NCBI GenBank assembly: GCA_963717845.1
Contig: CAVQXH010000004.1
Span: forward strand, 775,257 to 839,256
Reading direction: 5' to 3'
Origin: an uncultured Actinomycetes bacterium
Lineage (GTDB): Bacteria > Actinomycetota > Thermoleophilia > Gaiellales > JAICJC01
Length of the DNA: 64,000 bases
Shown here: positions 11,401 through 21,167 of the stretch, piece after piece
How the letters are laid out: each line of letters starts with the position of its first letter
Numbering within the stretch: position 1 is the stretch's first letter
Program-made: the position numbers and the translations under genes
Notes under the pieces: model-generated
Databases searched by the model: none
What the model was told of the DNA's origin: nothing
What the model saw: only the letters and a program-made list of their open reading frames with translations

Positions 11401-12098
11401 GGATGCACGACCGCACCTGGATGCAGATCGAGGAGTACCTGCAGGGCGACGACCGCATCGTGCTGCCGCTGGGCTCGACCGAGCAGCACGCCTACCTGTC
11501 GCTCGGGGTCGACGCGATCCTGTCGGAGCGGGTGTCCGTCGAGGCGGCCGAGCCGCTCGGCGTGCCCGTGCTGCCGTCGCTGCCGTACGGCCTGACGCCG
11601 TACTTCGCCGCCTATCCGGGCAGCCCCACGCTGCGCGCCGAGACCTACCTCGCGGTCGTGCGCGAGCTGCTCGAGTCGCTTCACCACCAGGGCTTTCGCC
11701 GCTTCCTGGTGGTGAACGGGCACGGCGGCAACTCGCCGGCCGCGGTGGTCGGCCCGGAGTTCGTGGGCAGCCGCCCCGACGCGCAGGTGCTCTTCCACAA
11801 CTGGTGGAACGGGCCGCGCGTGTGGGCGGTGGTGCAGTCGGTCGACCCGGACGCCTCGCACGCCTCGTGGCTCGAGAGCTTCCCCTGGACGCGCGTCGCC
11901 GGCGTCGCGATCCCCGAGGGCCACAAGCAGCCCGTCGACGCCGCCGCGATGCGGGTCGCCGACCCGGCGACGGTGCGCGAGCTGCTCGGCGACGGCTCCT
12001 ACGGCGGCGACTACCGCCGGCCCGATGCCGACTGGCAGGCCGTGTGGGAGGCGGGCGTTTCCGAGGTGCGCGACCTGCTCGCCTCCGGCTGGCGCTGA
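11397..12098 (+). CDS. Creatininase/MftE-like amidohydrolase
   Basis: LPLGSTEQHA, NGHGGN, HASWLES. Confidence 0.88.
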   Translation: MRMHDRTWMQIEEYLQGDDRIVLPLGSTEQHAYLSLGVDAILSERVSVEAAEPLGVPVLPSLPYGLTPYFAAYPGSPTLRAETYLAVVRELLESLHHQGFRRFLVVNGHGGNSPAAVVGPEFVGSRPDAQVLFHNWWNGPRVWAVVQSVDPDASHASWLESFPWTRVAGVAIPEGHKQPVDAAAMRVADPATVRELLGDGSYGGDYRRPDADWQAVWEAGVSEVRDLLASGWR

Positions 12099-12557
12099 TG
12101 GGCTGGCTGCGCGCGGGCCTGCGAGACGCCGCAGCGGCTCGACCTGCCCACCGGCCACCACCTGCGTCCGATCCGCGCCGACGACGTCGACATCGACTAT
12201 CCGGCGGTGATGGGCTCGCGCGCGCGGCTGTGGGCGCGCTACGGCGAGGCGTGGGGCTGGCCGCCCGAGACGATGACCTCCGACCAGGACCGCGACGACC
12301 TGGCCCACCACGAGGCCGAGATCGCCGCCCAGGAGACGTTCAACTACGCGGTGCTCGATGCGGGCGAGACCGAGCTCCTCGGGTGCGTCTACGTCGATCC
12401 GCCCGAGCCGGGGTCGCCGCCGGGGGCCGATGCGGTCGTGTCGTGGTGGGTGGTCGACGCGGCCGCCGGCACCGACCTCGAGCGCGCGCTGGATGACGTC
12501 ATCCCGCGCTGGCTGGCGGAGACGTGGGGCTTCCGCTCGGTGCACTACTCGCCCTGA
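12098..12557 (+). CDS. GNAT-family N-acetyltransferase, frameshift near the 5' end
   Basis: HLRPIRADDVDIDYPAVMGS, FNYAVLD, LLGCVYVDP, VSWWVVD; ATG overlaps the creatininase stop. Confidence 0.75.
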
Positions 12558-12558
12558 G

Positions 12559-12594
12559 GGGTGCCTGGCACCGGCGCGCCGGTGCCAGGCACCC
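12559..12594. repeat. Perfect 36-bp palindrome of two GGTGCCWGGCACC units (family B) between convergent genes
   Basis: gggtgcctggcaccggcgcgccggtgccaggcaccc. Confidence 0.85.
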
Positions 12595-12596
12595 GC

Positions 12597-13553
12597 CTAG
12601 TCGGCAAGCGGGGTGATGCCGGCGCCCAGGCCGAGCAGCAGGCCGTCGTCCGCAACGGCCGGGCTCGACGTGATGAACAGCGGCACGCCGGCCTCGGGCG
12701 CCTCGATCACCTCGAGCTCGTCGCCGAACGGGTCGAGCACGGCGCCCAGGCGGCCGCCTGCGGGCACCTCGTCGCCGACCTGCACCGACGGCTGCCACCA
12801 ACCCCCCTCGCGGCAGCGCAGCCAGATGAACCGCTCGACCATGTGCTGCGGCTGCGGCGCCGGCTCGACGGCGCCGGCGAGCATCCCCAGCCGGCGCATC
12901 GTGTTGCGGCAGCCGCGCACGTGCGCCGCGACGGCGTCTGCCTCGAGCAGCCCGCAGCCGCCCACCTCGGCGGTGATCCCGGCCACGCCGACGTCGGCCG
13001 CGGCCGCGCTCGTCGTCCCGCCGATGGGCGCACCCTCGCGCTCGGTGCGCACGATGTAGGGCAGGCCGAACGCGACCGCCATCGCCCGCGCGGTCGCCTC
13101 GACCGGCGAGCCGTCGTAGAGCGCGAACGGCTCGAGCGCCTCGACCATGTCGCCGCCGTGCAGGTCGATCAGCTCGTCCGCCGGTGAGATCAGCTCGGTG
13201 AAGACGTGGTGGGCGAGCTGGTCGGAGTATGTGCCGTCGGGGTCGCCGGGGAAGCAGCGGTTGAGGTTCTTGCCGTCGGCGGGCGAGACGAACGGGGTGC
13301 GTTGCCGAAACGAGGCCACGTTCACGATCGGCACCGTCGTCACCGCCCCCGTCAGCGTCGCCGGGTCGAGCCCGCGCATCAGCTCCACCGCGCCCCTGAT
13401 CGGCGAGTACTCGCAGCCGTGGATGCCCGCGATCACGACCAGGTGCGGGCCGTCGTGCGCGCCGCGCGCGTGGAAGCACGGCCACTCGTAGTCGCGCAGC
13501 GCGGGGGCGTCGAAGCGCAGCGTGCGGCGCTCGATCGTGCCGGCGGAGCTCAC
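12597..13553 (-). CDS. Succinylglutamate desuccinylase/aspartoacylase (M14, AstE/AspA) family
   Basis: AGIHGCE, NLNRCFPG, IDLHGG, ITAEVG. Confidence 0.88.
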   Translation of the reverse strand: MSSAGTIERRTLRFDAPALRDYEWPCFHARGAHDGPHLVVIAGIHGCEYSPIRGAVELMRGLDPATLTGAVTTVPIVNVASFRQRTPFVSPADGKNLNRCFPGDPDGTYSDQLAHHVFTELISPADELIDLHGGDMVEALEPFALYDGSPVEATARAMAVAFGLPYIVRTEREGAPIGGTTSAAAADVGVAGITAEVGGCGLLEADAVAAHVRGCRNTMRRLGMLAGAVEPAPQPQHMVERFIWLRCREGGWWQPSVQVGDEVPAGGRLGAVLDPFGDELEVIEAPEAGVPLFITSSPAVADDGLLLGLGAGITPLAD

Positions 13554-14384
13554 TCGCCCAGGCCCCGCGTGAGCGCGACGATGGTGACGAACGTGCGGTA
13601 GAGCTCGAGCGGATCCTCGGCGGTGGTGACGATCGTCCGGGCGGCGGTGCGCTCGACGCCGCGGATGGCGGTGGCGGCCGCGGCCATGTCGGCCACGAGG
13701 AAGGTGATCTCGAGGGTGGCCGGCAGTGAGATCTGCGGCGGCCCCATCTCGCCGAGCCGCTCGATCGCGGCGGTCGCGCCGGCGCGGATCAGCTCGCAGG
13801 CCTGGCGCGGGTGCATGCTCTCGGCCGCGAACCGGCTCACCGACCGCTTCACGACCACCGCCTCGATCGCGGGCGCAAACGTGCGCGCCTCGTCTGCGGT
13901 GGCCTGGTCGCCGGTGATGAGGGCGACCGGCACGCCGTGGTGCAGCGCGACCAGCGCGTTCAGGGCGCTCTCGCCGACGACGACGTCGTTCAGCCGCACC
14001 TCCCAGATCGCGCTCGGGTTGTACGTGTGCGCGAGGACGGCCCGCTCGTGCCCGATCGAGCCGTGGTAGGCGATGAAGAACGCGGCGTCGAAGCGTCGCG
14101 TCGAGTCCCTCCATCATGTAGAGCGGCTTGTGCTTGCCGGACAGGTAGGAGGCCTCGCCGTGCACCGCCGCCGGCGGCAGGTTGAACATCGTGGCGTGGG
14201 CATCGTTCACCAGGAACGCCGCCGCGCCCGCCTCGGCTGCGCCGTCGATCGCAGCGTTCACCTCGGCCAGGAGCAGCCGCCGGCCGACCTCGTACTCCGG
14301 GCTCGGCCCGAGCACCTGGCTCCAGTCGACGATGCCGGCCGTGCCCTCGATGTCGGTCGAGAGATACACCTTGCCCGCGCTCAT
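13550..14384 (-). CDS. M55 D-aminopeptidase (DppA-like), frameshift near 14100
   Basis: KVYLSTDIEG, VNDAH, VGESALNA, PVALITGD. Confidence 0.85.
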
Positions 14385-14779
14385 TCGCGCTCCTCTCCGA
14401 CGCGGGCCACCGCGTCCATCTCGACCAGCATGCCGTCGAACAGGAAGCCGCCGGCGACGATCGCGGTCGAAGCGGGGTAGGGCGGGGCGAAGAGCTCGCC
14501 GCGGACGCGCTTGAACGCGTCGTAGTCCGACGCGCGGGCCAGGTACACCGTCATCTTGACGATCGTGTCGAGCCCGGCGCCCTCTGCCGCGAGCACCGCC
14601 GCGACGTTCGCAAACGCCTGCCGGATCTGGGCCTCGGCGTCGTCAGGGTCGACGACGGCGCCGTCGGGCCCGAAGCCGCCCTGGCCCGCGGTGAACACGA
14701 GCTCACCGGAGGTGACGACCGACTGCGAGTACTGGTAGTCGGCGGCGAACGGGAACGGGTTGGCGCCGGCGCGGTTCAC
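14381..14779 (-). CDS. RidA/YjgF family protein
   Basis: YSQSV, FTAGQ, IVKMTVY, PYPAST, LVEMDAVA. Confidence 0.88.
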   Translation of the reverse strand: MNRAGANPFPFAADYQYSQSVVTSGELVFTAGQGGFGPDGAVVDPDDAEAQIRQAFANVAAVLAAEGAGLDTIVKMTVYLARASDYDAFKRVRGELFAPPYPASTAIVAGGFLFDGMLVEMDAVARVGEERE

Positions 14780-14798
14780 GGCCGCGGATACTACAAGG

Positions 14799-15422
14799 GT
14801 GGACGAGCGCGGGCGGATCGGCGATCTGGAGGCGCTGAAGCGCGCGCTGCGGCCCTGCCGGCGGTGCGTCGCGGCCGGCATCCGGGTCGAGTCGATGCCG
14901 GTCGTGAGCGGCAGCCGCGACGCCGACGCGATCCTGGTCGGGCAGGCGCCGGGCGTGCGCGAGCGCGAGAACCTGCTGCCGTTCAGCGGGCCGGCCGGGC
15001 GGCGGCTGCGGGCATGGCTCGAGCCGGCCGGCCTCGGCGACGAGGCGTCCTTCTACGGCCGCCTGTACATCGCGGCGGTGGTGCGGTGTTTCCCGGGCAA
15101 GGCCGCCGGCGGCGGTGACATCCGCCCGTCGGCCGCGATGGTGCGCGAGTGCGTGCCCTGGCTGCGGCGCGAGCTCGAGCTCGTCCCGGCGCCCGTCGTG
15201 ATCTCTGTGGGCACGCTGGCGCTGGCGGAGCTGGCGCCGGGCGTGGGGCTGGACGAGGCCGTGGGCACCCCTCTGGCGCTCCCCGACGGCCGGCCGCTGC
15301 ACGCGCTGCCGCATCCGTCAGGGGCGAGCACCTGGCCGCATCTGCCGGGCAACGCCGAGCGGCTCGAGCGCGCGCTCCGGATGATCGCGGGGCGGTTGGG
15401 GGGCGGTGGTTCTCCCAATTGA
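14799..15422 (+). CDS. Uracil-DNA glycosylase family protein
   Basis: CRRC, VGQAPG, PFSGPAG, VRCFP, LPHPSG. Confidence 0.85.
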   Translation: MDERGRIGDLEALKRALRPCRRCVAAGIRVESMPVVSGSRDADAILVGQAPGVRERENLLPFSGPAGRRLRAWLEPAGLGDEASFYGRLYIAAVVRCFPGKAAGGGDIRPSAAMVRECVPWLRRELELVPAPVVISVGTLALAELAPGVGLDEAVGTPLALPDGRPLHALPHPSGASTWPHLPGNAERLERALRMIAGRLGGGGSPN

Positions 15423-15446
15423 CATCCGTGGTGGATGCCAATTGGG
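15414..15446. repeat. Family A inverted repeat; supplies the UDG stop codon
   Basis: cccaattgacatcc-gtggt-ggatgccaattggg, 14-bp stem with one mismatch. Confidence 0.85.
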
Positions 15447-15589
15447 ATACGCGGCCCAGTCGGGGCGGCCGGGCCGCGTCGTTTGGAGCCCGGCAAGCCG
15501 GAGCGGCCCTCTCGACGCGGGCATTCCGCAGAGCCACGATCAGAGTGTGACCACGGTGGGACTAGCGCGCCATCCGCGGGCTGCGACAC

Positions 15590-15715
15590 GGCCAAGTGGC
15601 CGCGCATCACACGGCCAAGCGGCCGCCCCGCCACGGCCAAGTGGCCGCCGGCCATAGGGCCAAGTGGCCACCCGCCGTACGGCCAAGTGGCCACCCGCCA
15701 CCCGGCCAAGTGGCC
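15590..15715. repeat. Array of six GGCCAAGTGGCC palindromes with 10-11 nt variable spacers (22-23 bp period)
   Basis: Units start at 15590, 15613 (variant GGCCAAGCGGCC), 15635, 15658, 15681 and 15704. Confidence 0.9.
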
Positions 15716-15718
15716 GGC

Positions 15719-16900
15719 TCAGCCGGACTCGTCCGGCTGGCGCACGACCCGGTCGGGGCCCTCGCGCGGCCAGGCCTCGGACTGGACGACGTCGAGCAGC
15801 GCCCGCACGCACTCGGGGTCGAACTGCGTCCCGGAGCAGCGCTCGATCTCGGCGATCGCCTCGGCGGGGGCCATCGCCTTGCGGTACACCCGGTCCTCGG
15901 TCATCGCGTGGAAGGCGTCGCACACGCCGATGACGCGTGAGCCGAGCGGGATGCGGTCGGCGGACAGGCCGTCGGGATAGCCCTCGCCGTCGTAGCGCTC
16001 GTGGCTTGCCCGCACGAGCGGCACCAGCTGGGCGAAGTGGGGGACGGGCTCGAGGATCCGCGCGCCGATCTGGGGGTGGCGCTGCATCACCGTCGACTCG
16101 GCGTCCGTCAGCGGCCCGGGCTTGCGCAGGATCGACTCGGGGATGCCGATCTTGCCGATGTCGTGCAGGAGCGCGCCGAGGCGGATCAGGCGGGCGTCCG
16201 CCGGGGCGATGCGCAGCTCGTCGCACACAGCGCCGGCCAGCTCGGCGATCTCGATGGCGTGGTCGTTCGTGTAGGCGTCCTTCGCTTCGAGCGCCGCGGC
16301 CAGCGCGCCCAGGGTGGCGAAGTAGGCCTCCTCGAGCCGCTCGGCCATGCGTGCCTGGGCGACGACCTTGCCGGCCTCGGCCGTGAGCGCGCGGCACAGC
16401 CGCACCTCGACGCCGCCGAACGAGCGCGGGCGGGTGTCGTAGATCTCGATCAGCGCGTACGGCGCGTCCTCGACCGACAGCGCGAACATGAGCATGGAGC
16501 GGTAGCCGAGCTGCTCGAGCCGCTGCGCCTCGGCGGGGTCGGTGTCGGGCTCGTCGAGCCGGCAGACGAGCTCGATGTCCCGCTCGATCGCCTCCGCCGT
16601 CGAGGGGTAGTCCGCGAGCCGGTACTCCTCGGCCTGCTCGTCCCAGCTGTGCGGCGGCCGGGCGTAGCCGGCGAGGTCGCGCACGGTGCCGGCCTCCATG
16701 TCGATCGTCGACACCATGCACGCCTTCGCGTCCACGAGCTCGCACAGGCTGCGCGCGAGGACGGCCAGCATCTCGGCCGGGTCGTCAAGCGCAAACAGCG
16801 CCTGGGCCGCCTCGAACACGCCCAGGGCCGGTTCCAGGTGCTCGGCCGGCAGCCGGGCGACCGGTGGCTCGAAGGGTGGCCGATCTGGCGCGTCAGACAT
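15719..16900 (-). CDS. GAF + HD-GYP c-di-GMP phosphodiesterase
   Basis: LEAKDAYTNDH, LLHDIGKIGIP, HERYDGEGYPDGL, CDAFHAMTEDRVYRKA. Confidence 0.9.
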   Translation of the reverse strand: MSDAPDRPPFEPPVARLPAEHLEPALGVFEAAQALFALDDPAEMLAVLARSLCELVDAKACMVSTIDMEAGTVRDLAGYARPPHSWDEQAEEYRLADYPSTAEAIERDIELVCRLDEPDTDPAEAQRLEQLGYRSMLMFALSVEDAPYALIEIYDTRPRSFGGVEVRLCRALTAEAGKVVAQARMAERLEEAYFATLGALAAALEAKDAYTNDHAIEIAELAGAVCDELRIAPADARLIRLGALLHDIGKIGIPESILRKPGPLTDAESTVMQRHPQIGARILEPVPHFAQLVPLVRASHERYDGEGYPDGLSADRIPLGSRVIGVCDAFHAMTEDRVYRKAMAPAEAIAEIERCSGTQFDPECVRALLDVVQSEAWPREGPDRVVRQPDESG

Positions 16901-16935
16901 CCGGTTCAAGTTCGCGCCGGCGCGAGGTGTTCCCT

Positions 16936-17415
16936 CTATCCGGGCGCTCCTCGCAGTGTGTTTTCCCGGATCCGGCGCATCGCACCCTCGATCACGGCCG
17001 CCTCTCCGGCCTCCAGGTGGCGCAGGAAGACGTCGGAGACGGCCCGGCGGTGGTCGTCGCGGGCGCGCCGGTAGGCGTCGGCCCCTGCGGGCGTGAGCGT
17101 CACGTGGACCACCCGCCGGTCGCCGGGGTCGCCGCTGCGCTCGACCAGGCCGGCGCGCTGCATGCGGTCGACGAGCCCGGTGAGGCCGCTCTTCGAGATC
17201 ACGACCGCCCGCCCCAGGTCGCTCATCGTCAGCCGTGCGCCGGGCGCGGCGTGCAGCTGGAGAAGGACGTCGTACCAGCGCAGCGAGAGGCCGTGGTCTG
17301 CGTGCAGCTCGGCGTCGAGTCGGGCGTACACGGCCGCGTGGGCCTCGAAGAACATCTGCCAGCTGCCCCAGTGCTCGGGGGGAGGATCGGAGGAGGGTTG
17401 CACGAGCGCGGTCAT
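16936..17415 (-). CDS. MarR family transcriptional regulator
   Basis: [27 protein letters not shown]. Confidence 0.9.
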   Translation of the reverse strand: MTALVQPSSDPPPEHWGSWQMFFEAHAAVYARLDAELHADHGLSLRWYDVLLQLHAAPGARLTMSDLGRAVVISKSGLTGLVDRMQRAGLVERSGDPGDRRVVHVTLTPAGADAYRRARDDHRRAVSDVFLRHLEAGEAAVIEGAMRRIRENTLRGAPG

Positions 17416-17474
17416 TCGCGTATGGTACCCAAACGAACAGTTCGCATACAAACAAACTACCGGGAGAGGACGAC

Positions 17475-17786
17475 ATGCATGCGATCGTGATCACATTCCA
17501 GGATTCGGAGTCCGACCTGGCCGACGGCATCGAGCACGTGCGCGACGAGGTCGTGCCCGCGGCCGCGGCGACCGCAGGGGTGCAGGGCGTGTGGCTGGTC
17601 GACCGCGAGACGGGTGAGCGGCTGAGCGTCATGGTGTTCGACGACGACGCCGCGGCCGAGGCGGTCTTTGCGGCGATCGGGGAGCGGCGTGCCGCCGACC
17701 CCGACCGCAACCGGCCCAAGCCGACCGGGTCGCGCCGGTTCGAGGTCTACGCCCGCGTTCCCGCCGGGGTGGCCGCGCCGGCGTGA
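17475..17786 (+). CDS. Small hypothetical protein, ABM-like dimeric alpha-beta barrel
   Basis: [36 protein letters not shown]; divergent from MarR. Confidence 0.65.
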   Translation: MHAIVITFQDSESDLADGIEHVRDEVVPAAAATAGVQGVWLVDRETGERLSVMVFDDDAAAEAVFAAIGERRAADPDRNRPKPTGSRRFEVYARVPAGVAAPA

Positions 17787-17865
17787 CGGCGCGACGTGGC
17801 CGCGGTCATTGAATGTCCGCCGTGGCCTGCTGTATGGTCGCGCCGCAACTCGGCCGGGGGATCAC

Positions 17866-19374
17866 ATGGCGACGACCGTCGACACGCTCGAGCACGACAC
17901 GGGCGAGAAGGGGCTGAAGACCGGGGCGCTCGGCTTCATCTCGAGCGTCGTCATCGGCGTCGCCTCCACCGCGCCCGGCTACAGCCTGGCGGCCAGCCTC
18001 GGGCTCGTCACCCTCGTCGTCGGCCTGCAGGCGCCGGCGATCATGCTGCTCGCGTTCGTGCCGATGCTCTTCATCGCCTCGGCCTACTACTACCTGAACC
18101 GGGCCGACCCCGACTGCGGCACCACCTTCTCGTGGGTGACGCGGGCGATGGGCCCGCACCTGGGCTGGATGGGCGGCTGGGGCATCATCGCGGCCGATGT
18201 GATCGTCATGGCGAACCTGGCCCAGATCGCCGGCCAGTACACGTTCTACCTCTTCGGCGCCGACAGCCTGGCGAACAGCAAGTGGTGGTCGCTCGCCCTG
18301 GGCGTCCTCTGGATCGTCGTGATGACCTGGATCTGCTACGTGGGCATCGAGGCGTCCGCCAAGACGCAGTGGTTCCTGCTCGGCGCCGAGGTGGTGATCC
18401 TGGGCATCTTCGCGATCGTTGCGCTTGGAAAGGTGTACTTCTCGAATCCGGCCGGCGCCATCGAGCCGTCGCTCTCGTGGCTCAACCCGTTCGCCATCAA
18501 GAGCACCAGCGCGCTCGCGGACGGGATCATCGTGGCGGTGTTCATCTACTGGGGCTGGGACAGCACGGTGACCGTCAACGAGGAGACCGAGAACTCGACC
18601 GAGACGCCCGGCAAGGCCGCCCTGTGGGCCACCGTCATCCTGGTGCTGCTGTACGTGGTCGACTCGGTCGCGGCGCAGGCCTACCACGGCGCCAGCTTCC
18701 TCTCGAACAACTCCGACGATGTCTTCAAGGCGCTCGGGGGCGATGTGCTCGGCTCGCCGTGGGACAAGCTCCTGATCATCGCCGTGCTCACATCGGCGTC
18801 GGCCTCGACGCAGACGACGATCCTGCCGACGGCACGCACCTCGCTCTCGATGGCCGCGCACGGCGCCATCCCGCGCCGGTTCGCGAACATCCATCCCCGC
18901 TACCTGACGCCGTCGACCTCGACGATCTACATGGGGACGCTGTCGATCGTCTGGTACGTCGGGCTCACGGTCATCAGCGAGTCGATCCTGTTCGCGTCGA
19001 TCGCCGGCCTGGGGCTCATGATCGCCTTCTACTACGCGCTCACGGGCTACGCCTGCCCGATCTACTACCGCCGCCATCTGACGAAGAGCCTGAAGAACTT
19101 CGTCTTCATCGGGCTCTCGCCGATCATCGGCGGGGTGATCCTGACCTGGGCGTTCGTCCAGTCCGCGCACGACCTCTACAACTCGAGCGACAACGGCACC
19201 TGGTTCGGGGTGGGGCAGGCGTTCATCATCGGCATCGGCTTCCTGATCGTCGGCATCGTGCTGATGTTCGTCTACCAGCGGATCGCGCCCGCGTTCTTCC
19301 GCAAGCGGCCGGAGGTCGTCGACGACTACGTCGCCGTCCACGGGGCTGTGGCCCCGGCCGGAGGAGGCGACTGA
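17866..19374 (+). CDS. APC family amino acid permease
   Basis: GVASTAPGYS, FIYWGWD, about 12 TM segments. Confidence 0.9.
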   Translation: MATTVDTLEHDTGEKGLKTGALGFISSVVIGVASTAPGYSLAASLGLVTLVVGLQAPAIMLLAFVPMLFIASAYYYLNRADPDCGTTFSWVTRAMGPHLGWMGGWGIIAADVIVMANLAQIAGQYTFYLFGADSLANSKWWSLALGVLWIVVMTWICYVGIEASAKTQWFLLGAEVVILGIFAIVALGKVYFSNPAGAIEPSLSWLNPFAIKSTSALADGIIVAVFIYWGWDSTVTVNEETENSTETPGKAALWATVILVLLYVVDSVAAQAYHGASFLSNNSDDVFKALGGDVLGSPWDKLLIIAVLTSASASTQTTILPTARTSLSMAAHGAIPRRFANIHPRYLTPSTSTIYMGTLSIVWYVGLTVISESILFASIAGLGLMIAFYYALTGYACPIYYRRHLTKSLKNFVFIGLSPIIGGVILTWAFVQSAHDLYNSSDNGTWFGVGQAFIIGIGFLIVGIVLMFVYQRIAPAFFRKRPEVVDDYVAVHGAVAPAGGGD

Positions 19375-19793
19375 TGGCATCGACGATCGTGCTCGGCTAC
19401 GACGGCTCCGACTGCGCGAAGGCGGCGCTGCAGGCCGCGGTCGACACCGCGCAGGCGTTCGGAGACCGGATCGTGGTCGCGTTCGGGGCGGGCGTCTACC
19501 CGATCGGCGAGGACTCCGATCACCTGCGGCTCGTGCGCAAGATGGGCGCCGACTGGGCCGATGAGGCGCTGGCCGCGATCCGCACCGCGGGCGTGACCGA
19601 CGCCGAGACGACCGTCGTCGACGCGCGGCCGGCCGAGGCGCTCCTGAAGGTCGCCGCCGACCGCTCGGCCCGGATGATCGTGGTGGGCACGCACGGGGAG
19701 CACCCCCTCACCGGGGCCGTGCTGGGGTCGGTGCCGCACAAGCTGCTGCACCTCTCCCACGTGCCAGTGCTCGTCGTGCCCGCGCACGGCTAG
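19374..19793 (+). CDS. Universal stress protein
   Basis: IVLGYDGS, IVVGTHG..LGSVPHKLLH..PVLVVP. Confidence 0.9.
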   Translation: MASTIVLGYDGSDCAKAALQAAVDTAQAFGDRIVVAFGAGVYPIGEDSDHLRLVRKMGADWADEALAAIRTAGVTDAETTVVDARPAEALLKVAADRSARMIVVGTHGEHPLTGAVLGSVPHKLLHLSHVPVLVVPAHG

Positions 19794-19825
19794 CCGCGCA
19801 GGGCCGAAACCGGCTCCAGCGCAGC

Positions 19826-19852
19826 TAATCCGCCTGCATCTGCGGTCGATCA
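19826..19852 (+). promoter_or_regulatory. Putative sigma28/WhiG-like promoter (TAAT-N15-GTCGATCA)
   Basis: Upstream of the PilZ gene RBS (GAGGAGG). Confidence 0.45.
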
Positions 19853-19891
19853 CCGGGCTGAGGAGGCTGCTCTTCCTGCAGCCGGCCGCCC

Positions 19892-20695
19892 ATGTCCGAG
19901 ACACAATTGCCCCATCTGCCGACCCTGGTCGAAGCCGCCACCCTGCTCGTGGAGGCGTCTGCGATCGACGTCGACACGGACCGGGGCGACACCGTCGAGC
20001 TCTGGACGATCGCAAGCGACGGGGCGCTGGTCACCGCGAGCGGCCCCCGGCTGGCGGTAGCGGGCGGCATGACCATCACCTGCCGCCTCGCCCACGGCGG
20101 CCTCCCCATCCAGGTCGAGGCCGTGATCGAGGAGGCGGAGTACCGCTCCCAGGCGCGCGCCTCGCTCACCCTGCGGGTCGTGGACGTGGTCGCGCACGGC
20201 TACCGCCGGCGCACCGAGCGGCTCTCGATGAGCTCGGCCGGGTCGGTGCGCGCGCTCGTCTGCGACCGGATCGTGCCCAACGAGGTGATCCCCGTGACGC
20301 TGACCGATCTGAGCGACGCCGGCTGCGCCCTGCGCTTCACCGACAACCGCATCCGCGAGGGCGATCGCATGGCCATCACGGTGCGGTTCCTCGAGGGTGA
20401 GGTGACCGCCGACGTGCGCATCGTGCGGATCCACTCGCCCAGCCCGGAGATCTACACCGCCGGCTGCTACTTCATCAGCGCGACGGCGGCCGCCCAGGGC
20501 GTGCTTGAGCGCGTGCTCGCCCGGCTCGCCGGCAACGCCCGGCCCGTGACGGACGTGGGGGCGCTGCGCGACACGCTTGCCGAGGGCCAGGGCGAGAATT
20601 CGCTCAAGCCGAAGGCCGAACGTGCCGATGAGGCATATTGGACGTTTGCCAAGCGTTCCGCTGCACGCATTCCTCCGGCCAGACGCGCGGTCTGA
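19892..20695 (+). CDS. PilZ domain protein (YcgR-like two-barrel architecture)
   Basis: RRTER (RxxxR) and DLSDAG (DxSxxG) c-di-GMP binding motifs. Confidence 0.8.
   Translation: MSETQLPHLPTLVEAATLLVEASAIDVDTDRGDTVELWTIASDGALVTASGPRLAVAGGMTITCRLAHGGLPIQVEAVIEEAEYRSQARASLTLRVVDVVAHGYRRRTERLSMSSAGSVRALVCDRIVPNEVIPVTLTDLSDAGCALRFTDNRIREGDRMAITVRFLEGEVTADVRIVRIHSPSPEIYTAGCYFISATAAAQGVLERVLARLAGNARPVTDVGALRDTLAEGQGENSLKPKAERADEAYWTFAKRSAARIPPARRAV
20604..20631 (+). promoter_or_regulatory. Putative sigma28/WhiG-like promoter (TCAAG-N15-GCCGATGA) for tadE, inside the PilZ 3' end
   Basis: tcaag ccgaaggccgaacgt gccgatga. Confidence 0.55.
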
Positions 20696-20723
20696 GCCCG
20701 ACGGCACCGCCGAGGTAACCCGC

Positions 20724-21167
20724 ATGTCCCAGTCAGGTCGACCCGTTCCCCCCGCCCTCACCGAGCCCCCCGCCGCCGACCGCCGCACACGGCGCAGTCG
20801 CGGCCAGGCGATGGTCGAGTTCACGCTCATCCTGCCGCTCCTGATGCTCCTGATCCTCGGCATCTACCAGTTCGGGCAGACCTATGCCGACTACATCCAG
20901 GTGACCAACGCCGCCCGCGACGGCGGCCGCAAGGCGCTCGTGTCGCGCAGTGACGCAACCGGGGTCGCCGACGTGACGACGACCGCCAAGAACGCGACCT
21001 GGTGGCTGGACAAGAGCCAGATCACCGTGACCGTGTCGCCGAGCCAGCCGTGGGCGCAGGGCCAGACCGTGACCGTCACCGTGAGCTACCCGTACAGCAT
21101 CAACCTGCTCGGACTCGTCGTCTCGTCGGGGACGCTCAAGTCGACGACGACCGTCCGGATGGAGTAG
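20724..21167 (+). CDS. TadE/TadG-like pseudopilin
   Basis: RGQAMVEFTLILPLL prepilin motif, VTNAARDGGR. Confidence 0.88.
   Translation: MSQSGRPVPPALTEPPAADRRTRRSRGQAMVEFTLILPLLMLLILGIYQFGQTYADYIQVTNAARDGGRKALVSRSDATGVADVTTTAKNATWWLDKSQITVTVSPSQPWAQGQTVTVTVSYPYSINLLGLVVSSGTLKSTTTVRME

Noticed and set aside
11397-12098. Mycofactocin (MftE) or RiPP cluster
   Set aside because: No precursor peptide, radical SAM enzyme or RRE protein nearby.
12597-14384. 595-aa M55-M14 fusion ORF
   Set aside because: The middle is out-of-frame text; the M55 C-terminus is in ORF 13550..13999 with its own stop overlapping the next GTG.
15590-15715. CRISPR array
   Set aside because: 12-bp repeats and 10-11 nt spacers are far too short, and no cas genes are present.
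21136-21167. 32-bp convergent overlap between tadE and the P450
   Set aside because: Short tail-to-tail overlaps are common in GC-rich genomes; nothing suggests a function.
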